Below, piece after piece: positions 28,953 through 40,971 of a DNA stretch of 64,000 nucleotides. How positions within the stretch are numbered: position 1 is the first letter of the stretch; each line of letters starts with the position of its first letter. The stretch spans positions 24,853-88,852 of the forward strand of contig CAZMZJ010000008.1 of NCBI GenBank assembly GCA_964570825.1, read 5' to 3'. The DNA comes from an uncultured Lachnospiraceae bacterium (GTDB taxonomy: Bacteria > Bacillota > Clostridia > Oscillospirales > CAG-272). The notes beneath the pieces were generated by a model, which was not told where the DNA came from, did no database searches, and saw only the letters and a list, made by a program, of their open reading frames with translations. The translations under genes were made by a program, and so were the position numbers.

Positions 28953-31793
28953 ATGTCATCAAATATCGTAATCAAAGGCGTAAGAGTACACAACCTTAAA
29001 AATATTGACGTAACAATTCCGCGGGACAAGCTGGTGGTGCTGTCGGGGCTTTCGGGTTCCGGCAAGTCATCACTGGCTTTTGATACGCTTTACGCCGAAG
29101 GTCACAGACGATTTGTCGAGTCGCTGTCGTCATACGCCCGCCAGTTTCTGGGGCAGCTCGACAAACCTGATATTGACTCTATAGAGGGCCTGTCACCGGC
29201 AATATCAATTGACCAGAAAACGACCTCGCGCAATCCGCGTTCGACTGTCGGGACAGTGACTGAAATTTATGATTATCTGCGCCTTTTGTATTCCCGAATA
29301 GGCATCCCGCACTGTCCGGTCTGCGGAAAGGAAATAAGACGCCAGTCGACAGACCAGATAATCGACCGAATAATGAAATTGCCGGCAGGTGAGAGATTCA
29401 TGGTAATGGCGCCGGTTGTTCGCGACCGCAAGGGTTCTCATGAAAAAATTTTCACTGACGCCAAAAAAAGCGGTTATGTCCGAGTGCGTGTCGACGGCAG
29501 CATGTACGAGCTTAGCGAGGAAATCAGACTCGACAAGAATATTAAGCATAAAATTGAAATTGTCGTGGACAGGCTTGTAATGCGCGAGGACATCCGTTCA
29601 AGGCTCGGCGATTCTGTCGAAACCGCTTTGTCGATTGCCGAAGGGCATCTGCTTATCGTGACTGTTCCGCGAGATGAAGATGGCAGAGAGGCCTGCGAGC
29701 TCGAATTTTCGCAGAATTATGCCTGCGAGGAGCACGGAATTTCATTTGGCGAGCTTGAACCCAGAATGTTTTCCTTCAATAATCCAGCGGGTGCCTGTCC
29801 GAAATGCGCTGGTCTTGGAGATATGAGAAGGATTTCGGTCGAGAAGATTATTCCCGATAAATCGCTGTCACTGTCAGAGGGTGCGATAGCTGTCAACGGA
29901 TTTAAGACGCTTGAAATGGAAAGCTGGAACGGCCCCCTTTTTGCTGCTGTCGGAGAATATGCCGGCTTTACTCTCGACACTCCGGTTTCTGAAATGAACG
30001 AGGAGGCGTTCAAAGCCCTGCTGTACGGGACAGGAGATAAATTATATAAGCTCAAACGCTATTTTGGCGGCGAAGGGCATACACAGTCCGCAAAATTCGA
30101 AGGCATTATTAAAATGATTGAAAATCGGCTCGAAACGAGCGGTATTGGCGAATACTACGAGCAATTTATTGAGGAAGCGCCGTGCCCGGTGTGCGGTGGC
30201 AAGCGGCTTAACGACACTGTTTTAGCCGTGACTGTCGGCGGACTGAATATTCATGAATTCTGCTCTCTTCCGGTCACATCGGCGCTTGACTTTATCGGGC
30301 AGCTGAAACTTACTGAAACAGAGGAGAAAATTGCACACGAGATTCTGAAGGAAATACGCTCAAGACTTACTTTCCTTGTCAGCGTAGGGCTGAATTATCT
30401 GACGCTCACGAGAAAAGCCGGAACGCTTTCAGGCGGCGAGGCGCAGCGTATCAGGCTTGCAACACAGATTGGTTCGGCACTTGTGGGAGTCATGTACATC
30501 CTTGACGAACCGAGCATCGGACTGCATCAGCGAGACAACGGCAAGCTGATCGCCACGCTCAAGCGGCTGCGTGACCTCGGAAACACCGTCATCGTTGTTG
30601 AACACGACGAGGAGACGATGGAAAACGCAGATTATATTATAGACATAGGCCCGGGCGCCGGAATTCATGGCGGACGCGTTGTTGCGGCTGGAACTCCGGA
30701 TGAGGTCAAAAAAAATCCAGATTCCATAACTGGCGCATATCTTGCGGGAAGAATGTCGATACCTGTCCCGAAAAAGCGGCGAGAAGGCAACGGATACAGT
30801 CTGAAAATTATTGGCGCGCAGCAGAATAATCTGAAGAATATTGATGTGGAGATTCCTCTTGGAAAGTTTGTCTGCATCACCGGCGTATCTGGCTCCGGTA
30901 AATCATCGCTTATAAACGGAATTCTGTATCCTGTACTTGCGGCGAAACTGAACCGTGCTTTTACGACACCGGGGAAATATGACAGAATCGAGGGAATCGA
31001 GCATCTTGACAAAATTATTGATATTGACCAAAGCCCGATAGGGCGCAACCCGCGGTCGAATCCCGCAACGTACACCGGACTGTTTGGAGATATCCGCGAG
31101 CTTTTCGCCTCGACAGCCGACGCGAAAGCAAGGGGGTACGGTCCCGGAAGATTTTCATTCAACGTCAAGGGTGGACGCTGCGAGGCCTGCGAGGGAGATG
31201 GTGTTAAAAAGATTGAAATGCACTTTTTGCCAGACGTATATGTTACATGCGACGTCTGCCACGGGAAAAGGTATAACCGCGACACTCTTGATGTGAAATA
31301 CAAGGGAAAAAATATTTACGAGGTTCTTGAAATGACAGTCGAGGAGGGAGTGGGTTTCTTCGACGGTATACCGGCGTTGAAAAAAAAGCTCCAGACACTG
31401 TATGACGTAGGTCTCGGATATATCAAAATCGGACAGTCGGCTACCACGTTGTCGGGAGGAGAGGCGCAGCGAGTCAAGCTTGCGTCAGAACTTGCAAAGC
31501 GCGGAACCGGTAAAACAATCTATCTGCTCGACGAACCGACGACGGGGCTTCACTCGCATGACGTCAGCAAACTGCTCGAAATATTAAACCGTCTGACAGA
31601 CGCCGGCAACACCGTGCTTGTGATAGAGCACAATCTCGACGTGATAAAATGCGCCGACCATATAATTGACCTCGGACCGGAAGGAGGGAACGGCGGCGGT
31701 AATATCGTCGCGACAGGGACTCCCGAGGAAGTGGCGAAGTGCTCCGGCTCATATACGGGTCAATATCTAAATAAATTATTGAACAATGAATAA
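28953..31793 (+). CDS. uvrA: Excinuclease ABC subunit A
   Basis: 946 aa; two ABC modules ([22 protein letters not shown], two LSGGEAQR signatures) and zinc fingers CPVCG, CPKC, CEAC..C..C. ATG 28953 follows AGAGGT. Confidence 0.97.
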   Translation: MSSNIVIKGVRVHNLKNIDVTIPRDKLVVLSGLSGSGKSSLAFDTLYAEGHRRFVESLSSYARQFLGQLDKPDIDSIEGLSPAISIDQKTTSRNPRSTVGTVTEIYDYLRLLYSRIGIPHCPVCGKEIRRQSTDQIIDRIMKLPAGERFMVMAPVVRDRKGSHEKIFTDAKKSGYVRVRVDGSMYELSEEIRLDKNIKHKIEIVVDRLVMREDIRSRLGDSVETALSIAEGHLLIVTVPRDEDGREACELEFSQNYACEEHGISFGELEPRMFSFNNPAGACPKCAGLGDMRRISVEKIIPDKSLSLSEGAIAVNGFKTLEMESWNGPLFAAVGEYAGFTLDTPVSEMNEEAFKALLYGTGDKLYKLKRYFGGEGHTQSAKFEGIIKMIENRLETSGIGEYYEQFIEEAPCPVCGGKRLNDTVLAVTVGGLNIHEFCSLPVTSALDFIGQLKLTETEEKIAHEILKEIRSRLTFLVSVGLNYLTLTRKAGTLSGGEAQRIRLATQIGSALVGVMYILDEPSIGLHQRDNGKLIATLKRLRDLGNTVIVVEHDEETMENADYIIDIGPGAGIHGGRVVAAGTPDEVKKNPDSITGAYLAGRMSIPVPKKRREGNGYSLKIIGAQQNNLKNIDVEIPLGKFVCITGVSGSGKSSLINGILYPVLAAKLNRAFTTPGKYDRIEGIEHLDKIIDIDQSPIGRNPRSNPATYTGLFGDIRELFASTADAKARGYGPGRFSFNVKGGRCEACEGDGVKKIEMHFLPDVYVTCDVCHGKRYNRDTLDVKYKGKNIYEVLEMTVEEGVGFFDGIPALKKKLQTLYDVGLGYIKIGQSATTLSGGEAQRVKLASELAKRGTGKTIYLLDEPTTGLHSHDVSKLLEILNRLTDAGNTVLVIEHNLDVIKCADHIIDLGPEGGNGGGNIVATGTPEEVAKCSGSYTGQYLNKLLNNE

Positions 31794-31815
31794 ATGATGA
31801 ATAAATGTATAACTG

Positions 31816-31844
31816 TTGACAACAATGTTCAGTTGTATTATAAT
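31816..31844 (+). promoter_or_regulatory. SigA-type promoter of the amino-acid ABC operon
   Basis: Perfect TTGACA, 17 nt, TATAAT. Confidence 0.75.
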
Positions 31845-31897
31845 GTTTCCGTTAAGACAAGAGAACAAAAGAATAATTATTCGGGAGAAATGACAAA

Positions 31898-32761
31898 ATG
31901 AAAAGAATACTCAGCTTAGCTCTCGCTGTTTTGATGATGGTTTCAATGATTCCGATGTTTGCCTCCTGCGGCAAGAACAAGGATGTCAAAGTTGTGGACA
32001 TAGCATTGTCGGAAGAAACATACGCATTCTGCGTGGGCAAGGAAGATACTGAGCTGCTGGCAAAAACAAACGAATACCTTAAGCAAATTGTAAACGATGG
32101 GACATTCGATACAATCTGCGACAGATATTTCGGCGGCGGCACACCGGTCAAGATCACATCGGCTGCCCTTGATTCGTCGAAAAATCAGCTTGTTGTTGCT
32201 ACGAGCACAGGGTTCGAACCCTTCGAGATGGTTGATGAAAACGGAAAGTTTTACGGGATAGACCTTGAAATAGCCGCCGGACTCGCAGCGTATCTCGGAC
32301 GCGAGCTTGTTATACAGGATATGAAATTCGAATCGGTTGTGACTTCCGTTCAGAATGGGATCTGCGACATAGGCATGGCAGGCCTTTCGATCACTCCGGC
32401 AAGACAGGAAATCGTGACCTTCAGCGATCCTTACTACAACGCCTCCCAGGTTCTTATAGTCATGGCAAATGACACAACATTCGACGCCTGCAAGACTGTT
32501 GATGATGTGGTTGCTATTCTTGACGGTCTGACAAGCGCTACGAAAATAGGCTGCCAGGCAGGCACAACAGGCGAGATTTACCTGACCGGCGACCTTGATC
32601 TCGGCGATGAAGGATACGGCTTCAAGGGTGTTCCTGCAACTAAAATGGCTTATGATTACGGCGCTCTTGCAGTGACAGCAATGCGAAACGGCGAGATAAG
32701 CTACGTAATTCTTGACAACGCGCCGGCAAAAGCTATAGTAAAGTCGGTAAACGGCAAATAA
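31898..32761 (+). CDS. Amino-acid ABC transporter substrate-binding lipoprotein
   Basis: Signal peptide with lipobox MFASC; SBP_bac_3-type body (GFEPFEM, GIDLEIA, DIGMAGLSITPAR). Confidence 0.88.
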   Translation: MKRILSLALAVLMMVSMIPMFASCGKNKDVKVVDIALSEETYAFCVGKEDTELLAKTNEYLKQIVNDGTFDTICDRYFGGGTPVKITSAALDSSKNQLVVATSTGFEPFEMVDENGKFYGIDLEIAAGLAAYLGRELVIQDMKFESVVTSVQNGICDIGMAGLSITPARQEIVTFSDPYYNASQVLIVMANDTTFDACKTVDDVVAILDGLTSATKIGCQAGTTGEIYLTGDLDLGDEGYGFKGVPATKMAYDYGALAVTAMRNGEISYVILDNAPAKAIVKSVNGK

Positions 32762-32768
32762 AAATTCC

Positions 32769-32804
32769 GGGGCTGCTCCATTATTGCGGTGCAGCCTCTT
32801 TTTC
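32769..32804 (+). terminator. Candidate intra-operon (partial) terminator after the binding-protein gene
   Basis: ggctgc/gcagcc stem with a 14-nt loop, followed by tcttttt. It lies between the SBP stop and the permease start. Confidence 0.45.
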
Positions 32805-32818
32805 TGAAAGGAAAGCGG

Positions 32819-33526
32819 ATGAATCTTAATGCAAGCTGGGAAGCATTCTGGAGACTGTTTTACACAAACGGCGGATACAAAAGAGTGCTTTCGGAAGGCC
32901 TTTCAAACACATTGATAATCGCAATATCAGGTCTTCTAATAGGTATTGTGATAGGAACACTTATCGCGGCGGTTCGCGTTATGCCTAAATATAAGACATG
33001 GCCGAAGGTTCTGAATGGAATCTGTTCGGTTTATGTCGGCTTTTTCCGCGGGACGCCTATTGTTGTTCAGCTTCTTCTGGCTTATTATGTTGTGCTGCCG
33101 ACCATAGGAGTCAGTTTAGGCTCGCTTAACACATGTATTATGGTTTTCGGACTGAACAGCGGAGCATATGTATCGGAGCTGATGCGAGCCGGGATACAGT
33201 CGGTGGACATAGGACAGATGGAGGCGGGGCGCGCTCTTGGCCTCGGCTATGCTCCGGCAATGTTCAAAATCATTGTCCCGCAGGCGGTTAAGAACATATT
33301 GCCGACGTTAGGCAACGAATTTATTGCCCTTATCAAGGATACTTCGGTTGTCAGCTTCGTGGCTGCGGTCGACCTTTATAAAGTATTTACCGAGCTTGGG
33401 AACAAGAATTATGAATATCTTATGCCGTATCTGATGATGGCGCTTATTTATATTATACTTGTACTTATGATAGCTCTCCTTGTAAAAATAATTGAAAAAT
33501 GGCTGCGCCGCAGCGACCGGACATAA
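32819..33526 (+). CDS. Amino-acid ABC transporter permease (His/Glu/Gln/Arg family)
   Basis: EAA-loop region EAGRALGLGYAPAMFKIIVPQA. ATG 32819 follows AGGAAA. Confidence 0.9.
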   Translation: MNLNASWEAFWRLFYTNGGYKRVLSEGLSNTLIIAISGLLIGIVIGTLIAAVRVMPKYKTWPKVLNGICSVYVGFFRGTPIVVQLLLAYYVVLPTIGVSLGSLNTCIMVFGLNSGAYVSELMRAGIQSVDIGQMEAGRALGLGYAPAMFKIIVPQAVKNILPTLGNEFIALIKDTSVVSFVAAVDLYKVFTELGNKNYEYLMPYLMMALIYIILVLMIALLVKIIEKWLRRSDRT

Positions 33527-33538
33527 GGAGGGGCTGAG

Positions 33539-34363
33539 ATGAACGATATTAACAATACTTCATTTGGCGCAATAGGCGATAACGACCTTATCGTAATACG
33601 CAATCTCTGCAAAACATATGTAAACAGAAAAAAAACAGTTTACGCGCTGGATCATGTCAGTAACATAATTCATAAAAATGAAAAAGTAGCTGTTATCGGG
33701 CCTTCGGGAAGCGGGAAAAGCACTTTTCTGCGATGCATCAACTGCATGGAGGATCCGACAGGCGGTTCTATATTTTTTGAAGGCGAAGACCTTGCCGATA
33801 TGAGAGTAGATATAAACAAACACCGCGAGGATATTGGCATGGTGTTCCAGCAGTTCAATCTCTTCAACAATAAAACAGTCCTCGAAAATATTATGCTTGC
33901 CCCGGTTTATCTGCGCACAAAGAAAGCCGGCGGGCTGTTCGCGCCGCGAGAAACAAAGAAAAAAATCAAGGACGAAGCATATGAAAATGCGATTCGGCTG
34001 CTAAGAAGAATAGGTCTTGAAGATAAGGCGAATGTTTATCCGTCAACATTATCCGGCGGACAGAAGCAAAGAATCGCGATAATCCGGGCGCTTGCAATGA
34101 ATCCTAAGGTTATGCTGTTCGACGAGCCGACATCGGCGCTGGATCCTGAAATGGTCGGAGAAGTGCTCGACCTTATACGTGAACTGGCAAGAGAAGGCAT
34201 GACTATGGTGATTGTAACCCATGAAATGGGTTTTGCACGCGAGGTAGCGGACCGAATAATTTTCATGAGCGACGGCCGGATAACCGAGGAGGGAACTCCT
34301 TCCGATATTTTTGACCATCCAAAAAATGAAAGAACACAAAACTTTTTGAAAGCCGTGTTGTAA
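33539..34363 (+). CDS. Amino-acid ABC transporter ATP-binding protein (GlnQ-like)
   Basis: [44 protein letters not shown], with a short insert after the Q-loop. Confidence 0.93.
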   Translation: MNDINNTSFGAIGDNDLIVIRNLCKTYVNRKKTVYALDHVSNIIHKNEKVAVIGPSGSGKSTFLRCINCMEDPTGGSIFFEGEDLADMRVDINKHREDIGMVFQQFNLFNNKTVLENIMLAPVYLRTKKAGGLFAPRETKKKIKDEAYENAIRLLRRIGLEDKANVYPSTLSGGQKQRIAIIRALAMNPKVMLFDEPTSALDPEMVGEVLDLIRELAREGMTMVIVTHEMGFAREVADRIIFMSDGRITEEGTPSDIFDHPKNERTQNFLKAVL

Positions 34364-34380
34364 TGGCATAAAAACAAAAC

Positions 34381-34407
34381 CCCGGAAAAGCATTAAGCCT
34401 TTCCGGG
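34381..34407. terminator. Bidirectional terminator between convergent ABC and icd genes
   Basis: cccggaaaagc/gcctttccggg stem (1 mismatch), flanked by an A-run and a T-run. Confidence 0.8.
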
Positions 34408-34434
34408 AATTTTTGTTACATCACAATGCTACAA

Positions 34435-35646
34435 TCAGATTGTCAATTCAAGTCTTGATTTTATTTCCGTGATAAATTCCGGGGTATTGACCACTTTTAC
34501 AGGAGTTCCGGGAACGACAAGTGAAGCGAGGTCTTTGGTCATAATTCCGGATTCTATTGCGTCAAGACTTGCCTTTTCAAGCTTATCCGCGAAAGCGCTG
34601 AGTTCCGGGATTAAGTCAAGCTCGCCGCGTTTGCGAAGCGCCCCGGTCCATGCAAAAATCATTGCCATTGGGTTTGATGTTGGCGTTTCTCCTTTAAGAT
34701 ACCTGTAATAGTGCTTGGTAATAGTACCGTGTGCGGCTTCGTATTCATAGTTGCCGTCGGGAGAAACGAGAACCGAGGTCATCATTGCAAGAGAGCCGAA
34801 AGCTGTTGACACCATGTCGCTCATGACGTCGCCGTCATAGTTTTTGCATGCCCAGATGAATCCGCCACTGCTCCGGATAACGCGCGCCACAGCATCATCA
34901 ATCAGCGTGTAGAAATATTCTATGCCGAGCTTTTCAAATTCAGCCTTATATTCAGAATTGTAGATTTCCTCAAAAATCAGCTTGAACGTCTGGTCATATT
35001 TTTTTGATATGGTGTCTTTGGCCGAGAACCAGAGATCCTGCTTTAATGAAATAGCATATTTGAAGCAGGAATGAGCAAAAGAGCGGATTGAATCGTCTTT
35101 GTTGAACATTCCCTGAAGTACGCCGGGACCTTTCAGCTCGCAGATAGTCAGCCGGGTTTCCTGGCCTGACATTCCGGTGAAGACAAGCTCGGCTTTCCCG
35201 CCCTCCTCGGTACGGATTTCAGAGGCTTTGTAGACGTCTCCAAAAGCATGGCGCGCAATCGTGATGGGCTTTTCCCAGTTTGTCACTACTGGTTTGATAT
35301 TGCTGACTATGATCGGCGTGCGGAACACAGTGCCGTCAAGAATTGCACGGATTGTTGCATTCGGGCTTTTCCACATTTCGTGAAGTTTATATTCGTCGAC
35401 GCGCTGTTTGTTTGGCGTGATGGTGGCGCACTTGACCGCGACTCCGTATTTTTTGTTGGCGTTCGCCGCGTCGACCGTCACCTGATCGGCGGTGCGGTCG
35501 CGCTCGGGCAAGCCGAGGTCGTAGTATTCGATTTTAAGGTCGATGTAAGGGATAAGAAGCTCGTCCTTTATCATCTTCCAAAGGACTCTTGTCATTTCGT
35601 CCCCGTCCATTTCGACAAGGGGAGTTTTCATCTTGATTTTATTCAT
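34435..35646 (-). CDS. icd: NADP-dependent isocitrate dehydrogenase (eukaryotic-like IDH1 type, 403 aa)
   Basis: [23 protein letters not shown]..., [14 protein letters not shown]. The start ATG 35646 overlaps the aconitase stop (ATGA). Confidence 0.92.
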   Translation of the reverse strand: MNKIKMKTPLVEMDGDEMTRVLWKMIKDELLIPYIDLKIEYYDLGLPERDRTADQVTVDAANANKKYGVAVKCATITPNKQRVDEYKLHEMWKSPNATIRAILDGTVFRTPIIVSNIKPVVTNWEKPITIARHAFGDVYKASEIRTEEGGKAELVFTGMSGQETRLTICELKGPGVLQGMFNKDDSIRSFAHSCFKYAISLKQDLWFSAKDTISKKYDQTFKLIFEEIYNSEYKAEFEKLGIEYFYTLIDDAVARVIRSSGGFIWACKNYDGDVMSDMVSTAFGSLAMMTSVLVSPDGNYEYEAAHGTITKHYYRYLKGETPTSNPMAMIFAWTGALRKRGELDLIPELSAFADKLEKASLDAIESGIMTKDLASLVVPGTPVKVVNTPEFITEIKSRLELTI

Positions 35647-37895
35647 CTGGCGGCTCCGTTGTTTTGATTTTTGTAGTAGTTCATAAGGCAACCATCAAGG
35701 ATTATCTGCTTCTCGTCGGTAGTAAGTCCGTTTATTTCAAGTTTTATATCGCCGACAGTTCCGTCTGCTTTGATAGTTTTTGCGATGAAAATCGTATCGC
35801 CTGCCACAAGCTTTGCGCGTATGTCTGGAACAAATATGAAGTCGCCCTGTGAAAGCTCGAATTTTTCGCCCTGTGCAAGGGTAAAGGGAAGAATTCCCAA
35901 GTTAATGCAGTTTGAACGGTAACGTTTGGTCGCATACTGGACGCAAATATTCGCAAGTCCGCCAAGCACCTTCTGGCATGACGCCGCCTGCTCGCGCGCG
36001 GAACCGTCGCCCGGGCGTGTCGCATAGATGCAGGAGCCGAACTGTGTTCTCCCGAGAAGATTGTCCGCGCTGCCAACAAGCGAAAGCACCTTCCTGATTT
36101 TTTCGGGAGAGCCGCCGGAGCGCCTTTCAGCTTCAATTTTTGCCGCCGCTTTAGCACGGGATACATAGTCCGGGACTCTGCGTGAAAGAGTAAATTCGGC
36201 AAGGCGCAGGGGATTTGAACGGTATGATGATGTTTCCCCTGAGGGAATCAGCTCGTCTGTGGTTGTCACTTCGTCGCGTATTACAGCGGCAAGCTCGACG
36301 AGCAAGTTTTCGCCAAGTGAATACTGCGCTGGCCAGTCGGTGATATTCGGGCCCAAAATAAGTTTTGTTTCTGGCTTGGCTTTTCCGAATCCGTAATAAA
36401 CTCGGTGTTCGTAAGGTGAGTTATCAAAGTGATAGTCATATGTCGGTGAAAGGTAATCAATTTCATCCGCCGGGGTAATCGCTCCGCCGTTTATTGCTGT
36501 GGCTGCGATGCTGCGCGAGTCCATTAGAGCAACTCCGGCTATCTGATGGTCTTTCGGTATCGATCCCTCGCGGTTCGGAAAATTCCGGGTAGTATGGCGG
36601 AGCGAAAGGCCGTTGTTTGCCGGGACGTCGCCTGCTCCGAAACAGGGGCCGCAGAAGGATGGTTTTATTACGGCGCCGTTTTTCAGCAGAGCCGAGGTTA
36701 CTCCAATGCGCGTCAGCTCAAGCGATACCGGAACGCTTGTCGGATATACTGAGAGCGAGAAATAATCGTTTCCGGCTCCGCCTTTCTCAAGAATTGACGA
36801 TGCCTCGCAAATATTGTCGAACATGCCGCCGGCACATCCCGCAATAATGCCCTGATCAGCGTAAACCTTGCCGCCTTTAATTTTGCTAAGCAGTGAAAAT
36901 TTTTGCCCTTTGAATAAGTTTTGAGCTTCATTTTCTATCCTTGAGAGTATATCGGAGGCGTTTGCAGTAAATTCTCTTATTGTATAGGCATTGGAGGGGT
37001 GGAAGGGCAGAGCTATCATTGGCTCAAGCTTTGAAAGATCAAACTCTATGCAGCGGTCATAAAATGCGACGGCTCCGGGTTTGAGCTCTTTGTAGTCCTG
37101 CGGGCGTCCGTGGATCGCATAGTGCTTTTTTATCACATCGTCTGTTTCCCATATGGACGTAAGGCAGGTTGTTTCCGCTGTCATGACATCAATGCCGTTT
37201 CTGAAATCCACGGGCAGGGATGCGATACCGGGGCCTGCAAATTCAAGGACAAGATTCTTGACAAATCCGGATTCGTACACCGCCTTGATAAGCGCTATAG
37301 CGGCATCATGCGGGCCGACGCCGCGGCGGGGTTTGCCGGTCAGATAGACAAGTACTATCTCCGGATAGTTGATATCATAAGTGCGGCGGAGCAGCTGCTT
37401 TACAAGTTCGGGACCGCCCTCGCCGATTCCCATAGTGCCGAGAGCCCCGTAGCGCGTGTGAGAGTCTGAGCCGAGAATCATTGATCCGCATTTTGACATT
37501 TCCTCGCGCGCGTAGGAATGTATTACGCTCTGGTTTGCAGGGACATATATTCCGCCGTATTTTTTTGCGGCGGAAAGCCCGAATACATGGTCGTCCTCGT
37601 TGATTGTGCCGCCGACTGCGCAGAGTGAGTTATGGCAGTTAGTGAGAGCGTACGGCACTGGGAACTCGGTCATTCCGCTCGCCCGGGCGGTCTGTATTAT
37701 GCCGACGTATGTAATATCGTGGGACACCAACGAATCAAAGCGGAGCATAAGCTTGTCCTCTTTGCCAGAAATGTTATGTGCCTTTAGGATGCCGTAGGAA
37801 ATTGTGTTTTTCCTCGCCTCGGCTGCGGGTACTGAAGATGTCGCGGACAGTTTTCCGCCGGCTAAAAATATGCCGTTCTGGTGGAGCTTAATCAT
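35643..37895 (-). CDS. Aconitate hydratase (about 750-aa form)
   Basis: Fe-S ligand motifs GSDSHT, CAGG..., CGPCFG; C-terminal swivel domain. Confidence 0.9.
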   Translation of the reverse strand: MIKLHQNGIFLAGGKLSATSSVPAAEARKNTISYGILKAHNISGKEDKLMLRFDSLVSHDITYVGIIQTARASGMTEFPVPYALTNCHNSLCAVGGTINEDDHVFGLSAAKKYGGIYVPANQSVIHSYAREEMSKCGSMILGSDSHTRYGALGTMGIGEGGPELVKQLLRRTYDINYPEIVLVYLTGKPRRGVGPHDAAIALIKAVYESGFVKNLVLEFAGPGIASLPVDFRNGIDVMTAETTCLTSIWETDDVIKKHYAIHGRPQDYKELKPGAVAFYDRCIEFDLSKLEPMIALPFHPSNAYTIREFTANASDILSRIENEAQNLFKGQKFSLLSKIKGGKVYADQGIIAGCAGGMFDNICEASSILEKGGAGNDYFSLSVYPTSVPVSLELTRIGVTSALLKNGAVIKPSFCGPCFGAGDVPANNGLSLRHTTRNFPNREGSIPKDHQIAGVALMDSRSIAATAINGGAITPADEIDYLSPTYDYHFDNSPYEHRVYYGFGKAKPETKLILGPNITDWPAQYSLGENLLVELAAVIRDEVTTTDELIPSGETSSYRSNPLRLAEFTLSRRVPDYVSRAKAAAKIEAERRSGGSPEKIRKVLSLVGSADNLLGRTQFGSCIYATRPGDGSAREQAASCQKVLGGLANICVQYATKRYRSNCINLGILPFTLAQGEKFELSQGDFIFVPDIRAKLVAGDTIFIAKTIKADGTVGDIKLEINGLTTDEKQIILDGCLMNYYKNQNNGAAR

Positions 37896-37978
37896 AAATT
37901 CAGAAATCCTCTATAGGTTTATTTATATCCTTATGCAATCCGGCGTAGCCGGAAATAATTGATACGGACAATAAAAAC

Positions 37979-38007
37979 ATTTTAACATGATACATTGTAA
38001 AAGTCAA
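37979..38007 (-). promoter_or_regulatory. Candidate SigA promoter of the aconitase-icd operon
   Basis: Minus strand TTGACT, 17 nt, TAAAAT, about 80 nt upstream of the start. Confidence 0.55.
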
Positions 38008-38080
38008 TATTGCATTTATAATTTCGTCAACATATATACCCTTAAGCATATATAATCACAGTATATAGTACTTCTTTTTG

Positions 38081-38109
38081 TTGACAAAGAAAAACAGCGA
38101 TGTTATAAT
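38081..38109 (+). promoter_or_regulatory. SigA-type promoter upstream of the transglutaminase-like/Dlt-like gene string
   Basis: Perfect TTGACA, 17 nt, TATAAT. Confidence 0.75.
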
Positions 38110-38200
38110 AAATATGTTTATTTATTATTAAACTATTGGCGATACCGCCGAAAAATCATACGGCATAATGACATGTGCCAATACGCCACGGGAGTCATGT

Positions 38201-39184
38201 ATGAATCGGACCGCTCAAACTCCGCGCGCTTATCGCGATAAAAACAAAGATAAATATAAAAAAGATCAAAAAGATAGAATACTGATATTTTCTTCGCTTG
38301 CAATGGCGTCGGCAGCCATGTTGATTTTTATCCTGATACTGACGCTGCCGTTGCTTTTTCGGGGAAACACGTCGGAAAATGTCAAAAAAGGAACTGAAAA
38401 CGATTTTAGCTGGGATACTACGGCGCCGGTTATTAAAGGAGTAAAAAATCTCACTGTATATAAAGGAGAATCGGTCGCATACAGAAAAAATATTATTCTT
38501 GACGACAACAGCGGAAGCGGCAACGTCACGCTGACGGTTGATTCGAGCAAGGTTAATACTGATAAGCCCGGAACATATGTTGTGTATTATATTGCGACCG
38601 ACAAAGCAGGAAATAAAACTTCGGTTTCGGTTTTTGTGACAGTCATAGAACCGCAGATTCCGCTTGAGAAGCTCAACGCGGCTGTGGACAATGTAATCGC
38701 CGCAATTATTACCGACGGAATGAGCAAGGAAGCACAATGCCGCGCTGTTTATAGCTATATTCAGGGGCACATTGCGTACGCCTCGACATCCGATAAGTCG
38801 GACTGGCGGGCTGAAGCCTACCGGGCGTTATTTGTCAGCGGGACAGGAGACTGCTTCAGCTTTTTTGCCGCAGCGAAAGCATTCCTTGACAGGCTCGGAA
38901 TTGAAAATCTCGATATCCAGCGGACACCCGGACTGCTTGACGAAACGCATTACTGGAGCCTTGTGAATATTGGCACCAGCGCGCAGCCGCGCTGGTATCA
39001 CTTTGACGCCACAAGGCTGAGAGCGGAATACAACCACAGCGGATGTCTTCTTACAGAGGTTCAGATTGAAGCATATAACCATGTGAGAAAAAACTTTTAT
39101 GCATACGATAAATCCGCATACCCCGAGGTCTGCAATATAATAATCACTCCGACACCGGAGCTTGAACCATATTATAATAACTGA
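38201..39184 (+). CDS. Membrane-anchored extracellular protein: Ig-like (DUF5011-type) domain plus transglutaminase-like Cys protease-fold domain
   Basis: Basic N-terminus and one TM segment (ILIFSSLAMASAAMLIFILILTLPLLF). Ig-like region APVIKG...GTYVVYYIATDKAGNKTSVSVFVTV. Cys-His-Asp core: GTGDCFSFFAAAKAF ... HYWSLVNIG ... WYHFDAT. ATG 38201 follows GGGAG. Confidence 0.75.
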   Translation: MNRTAQTPRAYRDKNKDKYKKDQKDRILIFSSLAMASAAMLIFILILTLPLLFRGNTSENVKKGTENDFSWDTTAPVIKGVKNLTVYKGESVAYRKNIILDDNSGSGNVTLTVDSSKVNTDKPGTYVVYYIATDKAGNKTSVSVFVTVIEPQIPLEKLNAAVDNVIAAIITDGMSKEAQCRAVYSYIQGHIAYASTSDKSDWRAEAYRALFVSGTGDCFSFFAAAKAFLDRLGIENLDIQRTPGLLDETHYWSLVNIGTSAQPRWYHFDATRLRAEYNHSGCLLTEVQIEAYNHVRKNFYAYDKSAYPEVCNIIITPTPELEPYYNN

Positions 39185-39217
39185 AAAGGACAAACAGCCG
39201 TAAACAGGCTTACGCAT

Positions 39218-40717
39218 ATGCTCAACAATATACTTCAATATCTTGAAAATACCGCCGCAAGACTGCCGGACAAGACGGCCCTGTCGGATGGCACCGACAA
39301 CTTATCATTCGGAGAATTGCTAAAAAGGGCGCAGGCAATCGGAAGCTTCATCGCGAAACGAGGCTGCCATAAAGAGCCGGTTCCCGTTGTTATGGACAAG
39401 CATCCGAATACCGTTGCGGCATTTCTTGGCGTTGTATATGCCGGATGTTTTTATGTGCCGATAGATTCTGAGATGCCGATAAAGCGCGCGGAGCTAATAG
39501 CTCAGTCTTTGAACCCGAAATTTATAATAGCCGATAAAAAGAACTGTGATTTTGCGCGAGGACTCGGAACCGGCGAGGTGCTGCTTTACGACGATATTTC
39601 GTCAGACCTGCCGGACGATGTGCTTCTCGATAGAATACGCTCCGGACAGATCGACACAGATCCGATTTATATTGTTTTTACTTCTGGCTCGACCGGAGTT
39701 CCGAAGGGCGTTGCAGCCTGCCACCGTTCAGTGATCGACTATGCGGAAAGTCTTTCTGAGGCGCTCGGATTCAGCGAAAAAAATGTTTTCGGGAACCAGA
39801 CGCCGCTTTATTTTGACGCACCGCTCAAGGAAATCCTGCCGACGCTCAAATTCGGAGCTACGACATATTTTATCCCGAAAAAGCTGTTTATGTTTCCGGT
39901 AAAGCTTGTCGAGTATCTGAACGAGCATAAAATAAACACAATATGCTGGGTGGTCTCGGCTCTGACAATGATATCCGCTTTTAATACATTCGATAAAATC
40001 AAGCCTCAATATCTTACCACAGTCGCATTCGGGAGCGAAGTTTTTCCGATTAAACAGTTCAATATATGGCGCGACGCGCTGCCCGACGCTGCTTTTTACA
40101 ATCTTTACGGACCGACCGAATGCACCGGAATGTCAACATGGTATAAAGTAGAAGATAAAGTTAAAGACGGTGAACCCATACCCATAGGCCGGCCTTTCAG
40201 GAACACCCGTATAACCCTGATTAACGAAAATGGAAAAGAGGCCGCGCCGGGGGAAACGGGGGAAATCTATATTTCAGGAACCTGTGTTACGCTGGGGTAT
40301 TACAACAACCCGGATAAGACGAACGAAGCGTTTGTTCAAAACCCCCTTGTATCGGCATACCGCGAGATTGTGTATAAAACCGGAGACCTTGCTCGCAGAA
40401 ACGAGAAGGGAGAGCTGATATTCATATCCCGCAGGGATTATCAGATAAAGCATATGGGACACCGCATAGAGCTGGGGGAGATTGAAGCAGCCGCAGACAA
40501 ACACCCTGATGTTGCGCGTTCATGCTGCATTTATGACGATGAGAATAAAAGGATCCTCATGTTTTATATAGGAACCGCGGAACCGACGGAGCTGGGGCTA
40601 TATCTTAAAGACTATTTACCGCGCTATATGCTGCCGGGAAGCATCAGGAAACTCGATATGCTGCCGCTTACTCCGAACGGAAAGCTCGACCGCCGGGCAC
40701 TTAAAAATTTAGAATAA
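39218..40717 (+). CDS. DltA-like carrier-protein ligase (stand-alone adenylation enzyme)
   Basis: 499 aa; FTSGSTGVPKG, YGPTE, YKTGDL and PNGKLDRRAL motifs. The size and the following small carrier protein mirror DltA/DltC. Confidence 0.8.
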   Translation: MLNNILQYLENTAARLPDKTALSDGTDNLSFGELLKRAQAIGSFIAKRGCHKEPVPVVMDKHPNTVAAFLGVVYAGCFYVPIDSEMPIKRAELIAQSLNPKFIIADKKNCDFARGLGTGEVLLYDDISSDLPDDVLLDRIRSGQIDTDPIYIVFTSGSTGVPKGVAACHRSVIDYAESLSEALGFSEKNVFGNQTPLYFDAPLKEILPTLKFGATTYFIPKKLFMFPVKLVEYLNEHKINTICWVVSALTMISAFNTFDKIKPQYLTTVAFGSEVFPIKQFNIWRDALPDAAFYNLYGPTECTGMSTWYKVEDKVKDGEPIPIGRPFRNTRITLINENGKEAAPGETGEIYISGTCVTLGYYNNPDKTNEAFVQNPLVSAYREIVYKTGDLARRNEKGELIFISRRDYQIKHMGHRIELGEIEAAADKHPDVARSCCIYDDENKRILMFYIGTAEPTELGLYLKDYLPRYMLPGSIRKLDMLPLTPNGKLDRRALKNLE

Positions 40718-40738
40718 AGGATTGTGTGAATACTTGAA

Positions 40739-40966
40739 ATGGATGAACTGTTGAAGATACTGAAAGAGCTGCACGGTGATGTGGATTTCACATGCGAGGA
40801 GGGGCTTGTTGACAACGGCATTCTCGATTCGCTTGACATCGTAACCCTTGTCACAGAAATTAACGATAAATTCGGCGTATCAATACCCGCTGAAGAGATA
40901 CTGCCCGAAAATTTCAACTCGGCAAAAGCTATAATGAATCTAATCACAAAACTTGACGAGGTTTAA
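40739..40966 (+). CDS. DltC-like acyl/aminoacyl carrier protein
   Basis: 75 aa with the GILDSLDIVTLV phosphopantetheine Ser motif in a DltC-like context. Confidence 0.8.
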   Translation: MDELLKILKELHGDVDFTCEEGLVDNGILDSLDIVTLVTEINDKFGVSIPAEEILPENFNSAKAIMNLITKLDEV

Positions 40967-40971
40967 GGCAG

